NCBI GenBank assembly: GCA_964202905.1
Contig: CAXNJO010000005.1
Coordinates: 160,001-224,000 of the forward strand
From: Polyangiales bacterium
Lineage (GTDB): Bacteria; Myxococcota_A; Polyangia; Polyangiales; JADJQN01
Direction of reading: 5' to 3'
Length of the DNA stretch: 64,000 nt
Made by a program: the position numbers and the translations under genes
Shown here: in pieces, positions 10,299 to 18,475 of the stretch
Layout: every line of letters begins with the position of its first letter
Numbering within the stretch: position 1 is the stretch's first letter
Notes under the pieces: model-generated
Seen by the model: only the letters and a program-made list of their open reading frames with translations
Told to the model about the DNA's origin: nothing
The model's database searches: none

Positions 10299-12776
10299 TC
10301 AGCGTCGCGGGCGGCGACGGCGCGAGACGCGCGCAGCAAGCAGCGCGACGAACCCGAGCGCGAGCAGCGTCGGGCCCGAGTCGCGCGACGACCCGCCCGC
10401 CGCGCGGCAGCCGCAGCCCCCGTCGGACGCCGGGCCGGGCGGCGGCAGCGAGGCGTCGCCCGCGCCCCCGTCGGGCACGCCACCGTCGGCCGCGCCCGCG
10501 TCCCCGACGCCCATATCCGCCGGCGGATTGCCACAGAACGGGTCGTCGACGTGCTCGCAGTCCTGCATGTCGGCCGTGCAGCGGTCGGTCGTGCACGGGT
10601 CGGCGTCGTCGCAGACCGTCGCCGGGCCGCAGAGACACTGCGAGTCGGCCAGATCGATCCGGCCGTCACAATCGTTGTCGATGGTGTCCTCGCAGGCCTC
10701 GGAGGCGCGCGGTGTGATGGCGGCGTCGGTGTCGTCGCAGTCGGCGCCGAAGCGGTCCTCGCCGAGGTCGAGACAGTCGCCGTCGCCGGTGTCGTCGATG
10801 CCCATCCCGCAGAAGCCGTCACGGTCGCGGTCGAGCAGGTAGAAGCAGCCGGTGTCGAGGAGGTCGACGTCGCCGTCGCAGTCGTCGTCCTTCGCGTTGC
10901 CGCAGGCCTCCGTCGAGCCCGGGTTCAGCTCCGCGCGTCGGTCGTCGCAGTCGCTCACCGCGAGGTTCTCGCCGCTGTCGAGGCAGTCGCCGTCCCCGTT
11001 GAGGTCGCGGCCGATCGGACAATAGCCGTCCATGTCCGCATCGACGTCACGCACGCAGTCGGTGTCGTCGCGGTCGACGCTGCCGTCCTGATCGTTGTCC
11101 TTGCGGTCGAGGCAATTCTCACGCGCCGTCGGATAGATGGTCGGATCGTAGGGCGCGACGTCGGTGCCGCCGCCCTGCTCGGCGGTGTCGGAGCAGTCAC
11201 CGTCGCCGTTCGTGTCCGGACCGATCTCACACCAGCCGTCACGATCGAAATCGAGGTAGCGCGTCGAGCACGACGAGTCGTAGGCATCGATGCTGCCGTC
11301 ACAGTCGTTGTCGACGGCATCGGTGCAGAACTCGGTCGCCGCCGGGTTGAGCGCGGCGGCGGCGTCGTCGCAATCGGTGCTGCCGCTCTCCTCGCCTGCA
11401 TCCGCACAATCGCCGTCGGTGTTGCGATCGAAGCCGACGAAGCAATACCGATCGCGGTCACCGTCGAGATATCCGGCGCAGTCCACATCGGCGAGGCTCA
11501 CGACGCCATCGCAGTCGTCGTCGATCGCGTTCGTGCAGAGCTCGCCGAGCCCGGGGCTGCGCGCGGCGCTCGCGTCGTCGCAGTCGACGACGCTGCCCTC
11601 CTCGCCCGGATCCGCGCAGTTTCCGTCGCCGTCGAGGTCGCGCCCGCCGGGGCAGTAGCCGTCGCCGTCGCCGTCGCCGAGCCGCGCGCAGGCCTCGTCG
11701 AGGAAATCGACGAATTCATCGCAGTCGTTGTCGAGTCCATCACCGCACGTCTCGGCGAGCCCGGGGCTGACCATCGGGTTCGCGTCGTCGCAGTCGGAGG
11801 TCCCCGACGCCTCACCGGCGTCGCGGCAGTTGCCGTTGCCGTTGAGGTCCCGCCCGATCGGGCAGTAGCCGTCCATGTCGTCGTCGCCGTCACCCGTGCA
11901 GCGCGGGTCGGCGAGGTCGATGAGCGCGTTGCAGTTGTTGTCGATGCCGTCGCCGCAGTTCTCGCCGCCGCCCGGCTTCACGGTCGCGCGGGTGTCGTCG
12001 CAATCGACCGTCCCGTCGTCCTCCCCCGCGTCGGTGCAGTCCCCGTCGCGGTTCATGTCGCGGCCCATCACGCAGGCGGAGTCGCCATCGGCGTCGAAGA
12101 CGCTCGCGCACTCGGAGTCCGAGCGCGGCGCCTGTCCGTCACAGTCGTTGTCGAGGCCGTTGGCGCAGATCTCGGTGATGCCCGAGTTCACCGTCGACAT
12201 CGTGTCGTCGCAATCGACCGCGGCACTCGCCGTCGTCTCCTCGGGGCTGGTGCAGTCACCGTCCGCGTCGAGGTCACGGCCGAAGTAGCAATAGCCGTCC
12301 ATGTCGGCGTCGCGCAGGCCGGGGTTGTCCGACGGGAAGCCGGGACGCGTGCGGTAGGCGGGGACGCCGGGGGCCGGCTGGCCGGGCCGCCAGACACCGA
12401 GCGGATCCTGCAATTCCTGGCCGTTCGTGAAGCCGTCCATGTCGGCGTCCATCCCGGCGAGCGCGGCGCTCCAGGCGAACGACGCGGTGCGGAACTGGGT
12501 GCCGAAGGGGTTCAGGCAGAACGGGACGTCGGTGGCGCCGTAGACGTCCATCCCCACGCAGCCCGAGCCGCCGTCGGGGTTGTTGTGGCAGTTGATGCAA
12601 GGCCGCACCGTGCCGACCGAGTTGGCCGTCGTCGCCGGGTTCGGGACGCGCGCCGCGTAGTACTCGTGCGCCGAGGCGGAGAGCGGCGCGACGGTCACGA
12701 CACAAAACGCGAGGCCGAGTGTCGATGCGATCCGGATGCGGTCCACGGCCCCTCGTATGAAGTTGGGAAGACGCAT
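10299..12776 (-). CDS. MYXO-CTERM surface protein: CxxCH temptin-like domain plus 8 Asp/Cys-rich putative Ca/metal-binding (MopE-like) repeats
   Basis: Signal peptide ending ASA, then CINCH and NPFG...W...DADMDGFTNGQELQDP. Eight repeats of DxDxDG[YF]C...DCDD...PG..E.C.DG.DNDCDG follow. C-terminus is GGCGC + hydrophobic stretch + RRRRPRR. Likely start is ATG 12776. Confidence 0.88.
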   Translation of the reverse strand: MRLPNFIRGAVDRIRIASTLGLAFCVVTVAPLSASAHEYYAARVPNPATTANSVGTVRPCINCHNNPDGGSGCVGMDVYGATDVPFCLNPFGTQFRTASFAWSAALAGMDADMDGFTNGQELQDPLGVWRPGQPAPGVPAYRTRPGFPSDNPGLRDADMDGYCYFGRDLDADGDCTSPEETTASAAVDCDDTMSTVNSGITEICANGLDNDCDGQAPRSDSECASVFDADGDSACVMGRDMNRDGDCTDAGEDDGTVDCDDTRATVKPGGGENCGDGIDNNCNALIDLADPRCTGDGDDDMDGYCPIGRDLNGNGNCRDAGEASGTSDCDDANPMVSPGLAETCGDGLDNDCDEFVDFLDEACARLGDGDGDGYCPGGRDLDGDGNCADPGEEGSVVDCDDASAARSPGLGELCTNAIDDDCDGVVSLADVDCAGYLDGDRDRYCFVGFDRNTDGDCADAGEESGSTDCDDAAAALNPAATEFCTDAVDNDCDGSIDAYDSSCSTRYLDFDRDGWCEIGPDTNGDGDCSDTAEQGGGTDVAPYDPTIYPTARENCLDRKDNDQDGSVDRDDTDCVRDVDADMDGYCPIGRDLNGDGDCLDSGENLAVSDCDDRRAELNPGSTEACGNAKDDDCDGDVDLLDTGCFYLLDRDRDGFCGMGIDDTGDGDCLDLGEDRFGADCDDTDAAITPRASEACEDTIDNDCDGRIDLADSQCLCGPATVCDDADPCTTDRCTADMQDCEHVDDPFCGNPPADMGVGDAGAADGGVPDGGAGDASLPPPGPASDGGCGCRAAGGSSRDSGPTLLALGFVALLAARVSRRRRPRR

Positions 12777-12786
12777 GAACAGCGCC

Positions 12787-13983
12787 TCAGTTGCGGGTGA
12801 TGCGGAGGCGATAGGGAGCGGGTGCGGTGGCGCCGAGGTCGGAGGCGCGCACCCAGATCGTGTAGACGCCCGTCGGCAGGCCCTGCGCATCGACGCTCGG
12901 GCACGGCGCGCCCGTCACCGGTGTGCCGCGCGGATTGCCGAGCGCATCGCGGAGTTGGATCGTGTAAAGCGTGCTCGAGGGGCTCGTGCACACGGCACCC
13001 GCCGCGGTGAGCGAGTCGACGCGGATGTCGGTGCCCATCGTATCGACGCGCACCTCGAAGACGTCGGGATAACAATCCCCACCGCCGCCGACGTCACCGG
13101 AGATCTCGACCTCCGTCGTCGTCGCGCCGACGAACAGCACCTGATTGGCCTCGACCGAGTTGTCGTTGAACTCGGCCTCGGTGGGGAAGTCACCCATCGT
13201 CGTGCGGCCGACGAGCTTGCGACAATTCGGGGAGCAGGTCCCCGACGCCATGTCGTCGCAGGACTCGCCGTGCTCCTGGATGCCGTTGCCGCACTGCGGG
13301 CGGAAGGCGTCGAGCTGGTAGTGGCCGCCGCCCGGATTCGCGTCGTCGATGCCGATGTAGAAGCGGCCGGGCGCAGGCGCGACGAACGCGAAGTGCTCGT
13401 CGGAGCGGCCCGCGCACGAGTTTGCGAAGACCGCGGCGCAGTTCGTCGGCCGGTCGTTGCAGCCGCCGGCGCCGTCGCTGCCGACGACGTAGACGATGGG
13501 GTCGCGCATCGTTTCGGTCGGCGCGAACATCGGATCGGCCGCGACGTGGAAGTGCCAGTACTCGCCGGCGGCGACGTCGATCGCGAAGTAGCGGTCGTTG
13601 CCGCGCGCAGTCGAGCCGGCGCACGAGGGCGTGAGCGAGGAGGCCGTGGCGTCCGTCGTGTCGATCTTGAGCGAGCGCGTCGTGCCCGCGAGCACGAGCG
13701 TCATCGGATCGCCGCAGATGTCGGCCGCCACTGCTACCGGCGGGCCGAGGTCGGGCGAGCCGAGATCCGGATCGCCGAGGTCGGGCGAGCCGAGATCCGG
13801 ATCGCCGAGGTCGATGCCGGCGTCGAAACCGGCGTCCACGGTCCCCGATGGGAGCGACTCGTAGAAGGACGCGTCGACCACGAAGCAGCCCGAGAGCCCG
13901 ATGGCGACGAGGGGCGCGCCGACCGCCGCGAGGCCGGTGCGCAGGGGACGGAGAAGCGAAACGTGCATGTGGGTCGTGGCCAT
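12787..13983 (-). CDS. Lipoprotein with DLGxP linker, PPC-like beta domains and a Myxococcus Cys-rich repeat
   Basis: Lipobox LSGC, (DLGDPDLGSP)x2, CGNGIQEHGESCDD and G.YYI.ID / G.YTIWV-type motifs. Ends 10 bp upstream of the next gene. Confidence 0.75.
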   Translation of the reverse strand: MATTHMHVSLLRPLRTGLAAVGAPLVAIGLSGCFVVDASFYESLPSGTVDAGFDAGIDLGDPDLGSPDLGDPDLGSPDLGPPVAVAADICGDPMTLVLAGTTRSLKIDTTDATASSLTPSCAGSTARGNDRYFAIDVAAGEYWHFHVAADPMFAPTETMRDPIVYVVGSDGAGGCNDRPTNCAAVFANSCAGRSDEHFAFVAPAPGRFYIGIDDANPGGGHYQLDAFRPQCGNGIQEHGESCDDMASGTCSPNCRKLVGRTTMGDFPTEAEFNDNSVEANQVLFVGATTTEVEISGDVGGGGDCYPDVFEVRVDTMGTDIRVDSLTAAGAVCTSPSSTLYTIQLRDALGNPRGTPVTGAPCPSVDAQGLPTGVYTIWVRASDLGATAPAPYRLRITRN

Positions 13984-13997
13984 GAGGGTCCTGGGTC

Positions 13998-14957
13998 TCA
14001 GAAGCGGTGCACGAAGCCCGCGACGCCGCCGTGTGCGTCGAGGGAGAGCGTGGGGAGCGTGCGGAGCGTGGCGCGTGTGGCCGGCGCCGCGGCCTCGCCA
14101 CCGCCCCAGTCGGTGAGGAAGAAGAGCACGGCCGTCGCCGCGCCGAACACGACGGTCCCAGCGAGGAAGACGTTGGTGAGCAGCTGCCGCGAGGCGGCGT
14201 CATCGTGAAGGAGCTTCGCCTGCGACTGCTGCGCGCCGGGCGCAGTGGCGTAGGTCTCGTAGTCGTCGTTCAGCGCAAGGGTGTCGAGACCCGCCCAGAT
14301 CGAGAGCCCACCCGCGACGGCCGTGAGCCCACCCGCGACGAAGAAGAGCGCGGGCGGCGTGCCACCGCTCGCGTCGGCGCCCGTCGGCGGCGGTGTGGGC
14401 TGCTCGCCCCCGCCCTGCTGCTGCGCGAGCTGCTCGCGCTCCGCGGCCTCGCGCGCTTCGCGCTCCGCGGCCTCACGCTGCTGCTCCGCGGCGCGCTCGC
14501 GCTCGCCCGCTGCGGCCTGATCGCGCTGCTCGATGGCCGTGCGGAGCACGCGGATGCGCGCCTCGATTTCGGTGCGATTGGCGACGTTCGGATCCGCGGC
14601 GAGGAAACGCTCGAAGGTCGAGAGCGCCTCGTCATCCTGACGAAGGCGATCGAGCGTCGTCGCGATGTTGAAGAGCAGGCCCGGGCGCGGGCTCGCCTCG
14701 TAGGCCTGACGGAACCGGGCGAGGGCCGTCGTGTAGTCGCCCTCGCCGAACGCGGTGCGGGCCGACTCGAACAAGAGCCGCGCGGCCTGATCGAGCGAGC
14801 CAGGCGCGGTGCCCCCCTGGGCCTGCGGCGCCGCCGGCGTGCCCGCGTCCGGCGAAGTACGCGGCTGCGCGGCGACGCGCGTGGCGCCGCTCGCAACGGT
14901 GGCGATCATCACCGCCGCGACGACCGCCGTCGCAGAGGCCCGCTTTGCATCAAACAT
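13998..14957 (-). CDS. Secreted/membrane TPR protein with C-terminal hydrophobic hairpin
   Basis: ARLLFESARTAFGEGDYTTALARFRQAYEASPRPGLLFNIA TPR pattern, two TM segments, terminal GFVHRF. GGAGG RBS before ATG 14957. Confidence 0.85.
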   Translation of the reverse strand: MFDAKRASATAVVAAVMIATVASGATRVAAQPRTSPDAGTPAAPQAQGGTAPGSLDQAARLLFESARTAFGEGDYTTALARFRQAYEASPRPGLLFNIATTLDRLRQDDEALSTFERFLAADPNVANRTEIEARIRVLRTAIEQRDQAAAGERERAAEQQREAAEREAREAAEREQLAQQQGGGEQPTPPPTGADASGGTPPALFFVAGGLTAVAGGLSIWAGLDTLALNDDYETYATAPGAQQSQAKLLHDDAASRQLLTNVFLAGTVVFGAATAVLFFLTDWGGGEAAAPATRATLRTLPTLSLDAHGGVAGFVHRF

Positions 14958-15135
14958 CCATCCCCTCCACCTGGTTCGTGAACGACGGGACGCTAGCATG
15001 ACTGGACTTTGCGTTGCACGGGTCCAGATCTCCGAGCAGGTCGATTGGGTCCGGGGCCTCGATCGTCCAGAAATATCTGCCCCGTCCATGTGGCGAGCCG
15101 CGCCGCGATGTTAGAGTCGGCCTGCGAGGAGCGCG

Positions 15136-16314
15136 ATGCGACGAGCACACTGGCGAATCTGGGCGGCCCTCACCCTCAGCCTCGGCGTCCCGGCCTGCGG
15201 CCACGACGGCCTGATCCTCCCCGATGCAGGCCTGCCGCCGGCGGACCAGGGGGTCGATGGGGCGGACCCGGCCGACCTCGGCAGCGCGGATCTCGGCGGT
15301 GACGACCTCGGCGGTGACGACCTCGGCGGGGCGGATCTCGGCCCCGGGGACGCAGGCCCCGCGGACCTCGGTCCCGAAGACGCCGGTCCTCCGGACCTCG
15401 GCGCACCGTGCAGCGGGCCTCCGGGCCTGTACATCGAGGGCTCGTGCACGATCCTCGCCCCGGGCGTGCGCCCGTACTCCCCGCGCTACGTGCTCTGGTC
15501 CGACAGCGCGCAAAAGGATCGCTTCATCTCGCTGCCGAGCGGCGCACGGATCGACACCTCGAACCCGGACGCGTGGGTCTACCCGCTCGGAACGAAGCTA
15601 TGGAAGACGTTCTCGCGCGACGGGGTGCGCCTCGAGACGCGCTTGCTCGAGAAATTCGCCACCGACATCGGCCCGTCCGCGTGGCGCATGCGGGTGTTCG
15701 CGTGGAACGTCGAGCAGAACCGCGTGAGCGAGGTGACCGAGGGCCGGATGAACGTCCTCGGCACCGATCACGACATCCCCTCGCAGGCCGACTGCGTCCG
15801 CTGTCACGACAACGCGACCCGCGACGCGTCGCTCAGCTTCACCGCCATCCAACTCAACCACGCCGGCACCCCGCTCTCGCTGCAGACCCTGCTCGACGAG
15901 GGCCGGCTCTCGCACCCGATCGCGACGAGCGACGCGGTGGTCCCCGGCGACCCGATGGCGCGCGATGCGCTCGGCTACCTGCACGCCAACTGCGGTCACT
16001 GCCACGGCGGACCGATGCCGCAGGCGGGCATGCGGCTCTGGGTCGACGTCGGTCTGCGCACGGTCGAGGAGACGGGTACGTGGGTGACCGCCGTCGATCA
16101 GATCAGCGGCTGGCTCGCGACCGTGCCACCCACGGTCACCGCGCGCATCGCGCCCGGCGATCCCGGCGCGAGCGCCGTGATCCGGCGCATGTCGCTGCGC
16201 GGCTCGCCGACGATGACGACCGACTACGCGAACCAGATGCCGCCCCTCGGCACGAAGCACGTCGACACAGCCGGCGTCGAGCGCGTGCGAGCCTGGATCG
16301 AGTCGCTGCCCTGA
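15136..16314 (+). CDS. Diheme c-type cytochrome lipoprotein (SO2930-like)
   Basis: Lipoprotein-type signal ending PAC and a DLGGD linker. Motifs LWSD.A.K.R, YP.GT.L.KTF, ETRLL, CVRCH (15793-15807), YLHANCGHCH (CxxCH at 15991-16005), PGDP..S and QMPPLG. Confidence 0.85.
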   Translation: MRRAHWRIWAALTLSLGVPACGHDGLILPDAGLPPADQGVDGADPADLGSADLGGDDLGGDDLGGADLGPGDAGPADLGPEDAGPPDLGAPCSGPPGLYIEGSCTILAPGVRPYSPRYVLWSDSAQKDRFISLPSGARIDTSNPDAWVYPLGTKLWKTFSRDGVRLETRLLEKFATDIGPSAWRMRVFAWNVEQNRVSEVTEGRMNVLGTDHDIPSQADCVRCHDNATRDASLSFTAIQLNHAGTPLSLQTLLDEGRLSHPIATSDAVVPGDPMARDALGYLHANCGHCHGGPMPQAGMRLWVDVGLRTVEETGTWVTAVDQISGWLATVPPTVTARIAPGDPGASAVIRRMSLRGSPTMTTDYANQMPPLGTKHVDTAGVERVRAWIESLP

Positions 16315-16350
16315 GCGCAGCGGTTCGGGGCGCCCGGCGAGGCGCGACCC

Positions 16351-17106
16351 TCACGCGTACCCGAGCACGAGCGCGCGCGCGAGCAGGTAGAAGCCGTCGA
16401 CGAGGACGAGCAGCAGCAGCTTGAACGGCATGCTCACGGTGGTCGGCGTGAGCATGTGCATGCCGAGCGCGAGCAGGACGTTCGCGACGACCATGTCGAT
16501 CACGAGGAACGGCAGGAACACGAGGAAGCCGATCTGGAAGGCCTCCGTGAGCTCCGTGATCAGGAAGGCCGGCAGCACCACGAGGAAATCCGTCTCGCGC
16601 ACCTCGGCGCGGGTCGCCTCGGGCCGGGCACGCCGAGCGAGGTCGAGGAAGAGCGCGCGCTCCCGAGGGCTCGCGTTGCGCGCGAGGAACGACACGAGCG
16701 GCGCCTTCCCGGCGCGCAGCGCAGAAAACAGCGTCTCGGCGCTCTCGCCCGCGAGCGGCTCGGTGGCGTCGACGCGCGCGACGATCGGCGTGACCGCGTC
16801 GACGATCTCCGCGCCGACAGGCGCCATCACGTAGAGCGTCAGGATCGCCGAGAGCGCGGTGACGATCGTGCCCGACGGAACCTGCCCCGCGCCGAGCGCG
16901 TTGCGCAGGATCGAGAAGACGACCGACATCTTCACGAAGCTCGTCGCCGTCATGAAGACGAACGGCAGGAGCGACAGCACGCCGAGCGCGAGGAGCGTCA
17001 GGAGCGGGCGGCTCGTCGCGAGGCCCGCGGTCGCATCCTGCGCGCGCGCCGCGCCCGCCCAGAGGCACGCGCCGACCATGGCGGCGAGGGGCGCGCAGCG
17101 CGCCAT
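16351..17106 (-). CDS. fliP: FliP/SctR (EscR) family type III export gate protein
   Basis: LLPFVFMTATSFVKMSVVFSILRNALGAGQVP, LPAFLITELTEAFQIGFLVFLPFLVIDMVVANVLLALGM and SMPFKLLLLVLVDG. Confidence 0.92.
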   Translation of the reverse strand: MARCAPLAAMVGACLWAGAARAQDATAGLATSRPLLTLLALGVLSLLPFVFMTATSFVKMSVVFSILRNALGAGQVPSGTIVTALSAILTLYVMAPVGAEIVDAVTPIVARVDATEPLAGESAETLFSALRAGKAPLVSFLARNASPRERALFLDLARRARPEATRAEVRETDFLVVLPAFLITELTEAFQIGFLVFLPFLVIDMVVANVLLALGMHMLTPTTVSMPFKLLLLVLVDGFYLLARALVLGYA

Positions 17107-17612
17107 CGTGCGCACGAGCCCGCGGACCGCGACGCACGCAGCGCGGCGGCCCACCGTCCCTTGCGCGGGGCGTGCCCACGCCGCGCTGCGCCCCGAGCCG
17201 AGCCCACAACGTCGCATCGCGCGAACGTTCGCACGGGCCGCACGGGGCGCGCAACACCCGCCGCGTCCGCCGCGCGCACGCGGCGTGCGCAACACCCGCC
17301 GCGTCCGCCGCATCCGCCGCCTGAAGGCGGCGCGGGCACGCGACACAGCGCGGCCCGTCGCGCTGCGCATGGCGTGATACGCCCCTGTGCCGCGCACAGC
17401 GAACCTCACCCTCCCTCGAGGCAGCCCGCCTCGCGCAGGCGAGGGTCGACGCCGACCGGCGCGCGGCGTTCGCGGTCACGGCATGCTGAACGCTGCGCAG
17501 CACCGGATGCTGCACGGCGCCGCGGGCGAGGCGCGCTGCGCGTGAGAGGGATGGGTCGAGCACCGGGCGCGGCAGACGGCGCGGGCCCGCACGCGTCAGC
17601 GCCCGGCCGGAC

Positions 17613-17738
17613 TCACTTCTTCGCGGGCGGGGCCGCAGCGGACTGCGCGGCCTCCTGCTTTTCACGCCACTTGAGGAGCTTCTTGGTGGCGCGGTTCTTC
17701 TGCTTCTTGCGGGCCGGGGGATCCTGCGGGCTGCTCAT
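17613..17738 (-). CDS. Small basic hypothetical protein (41 aa)
   Basis: MSSPQDPPARKKQKNRATKKLLKWREKQEAAQSAAAPPAKK, with AAG-rich codon usage typical of real genes here. Confidence 0.55.
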   Translation of the reverse strand: MSSPQDPPARKKQKNRATKKLLKWREKQEAAQSAAAPPAKK

Positions 17739-17866
17739 GGCGGCGGGGTATACGGAGATCCGCGCGGATTCGCAACCTCCGCGTGCGCGCGCGGCGGGCC
17801 GCGGCCCGGCCAGGGACCGCGCGACGCTGGCCCTCGGCACGCACCCCGCGCTACCCTCGGCGGCCC

Positions 17867-18250
17867 ATGACGGCCTTGCTCCAGTCCTCGCAAGCGCTCC
17901 CGGGCGGCTACGGCGCCACGTTGTTGCAGACGCTCCTCGCGCTGGCGGCGGTCTGCGTGCTCGCGTGGGTCGTGCTGCGCTGGGGCGCGCAGCGCGGGCT
18001 CGGGACGGGTCGCCTCGCAGGGCGCGTGCGCGTCGTCGAGCGCATCCCGCTCGACCCGCGGCGCTCGCTCTACGTGGTGAAGGCGGGAGAGCGCGTGCTG
18101 CTGCTCGGCGTCGGCGACGGCGCGGCGCCCTCGCTCCTCACGGAGTTGGACGCATCTCTGTTGCCGGCGCAGCCCGAGCCTCGCCCCGGGGAGGCGCGCT
18201 TCCGGGAGGTCCTCGCCCGCCTTCGCGGGGGCACGCCCCCCGGCGTGTGA
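17867..18250 (+). CDS. fliO: FliO/MopB family protein
   Basis: Single TM helix followed by RVRVVERIPLDPRRSLYVVKAGERVLLLGVG...LLTELD. Confidence 0.85.
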   Translation: MTALLQSSQALPGGYGATLLQTLLALAAVCVLAWVVLRWGAQRGLGTGRLAGRVRVVERIPLDPRRSLYVVKAGERVLLLGVGDGAAPSLLTELDASLLPAQPEPRPGEARFREVLARLRGGTPPGV

Positions 18251-18475
18251 CGCGCAGCGGGGCGCGCCGGCGACGCAGAGCGCCGACCACGCAAGCGACG
18301 CGCGACTCGCGCTCTGCTCAGGCGAAAGGCGCCCGGGCGCGAAACACGCCACCGCGAAACACGCCAGCGCACAGCGCGCAACATGCCAGCGCGCACTGAA
18401 CCGCTGTTCATTCCGCGGGAGCGCGCGCCGGGACACGCGCGGCGCGCGAGGCGCCGACGCGCGGTGGAGGGCGGT

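Noticed and set aside
1..12776. Multiheme nanowire
   Set aside because: Only one CxxCH was seen per protein. The other cysteines fit disulfide-bonded EGF or MopE-like patterns.
4170..12800. Very long plus-strand ORFs (4170..7904, 9519..12800) and similar Arg/Ala-rich ORFs throughout (e.g. 18383..20674, 50848..54321)
   Set aside because: They are shadow or antisense ORFs of real genes in high-GC DNA, with no motifs and skewed composition.
18338..18395. Short gcgaaacacgcca repeats between fliO and the Fe-S gene
   Set aside because: Two to three short degenerate copies with no supporting context, most likely slippage.
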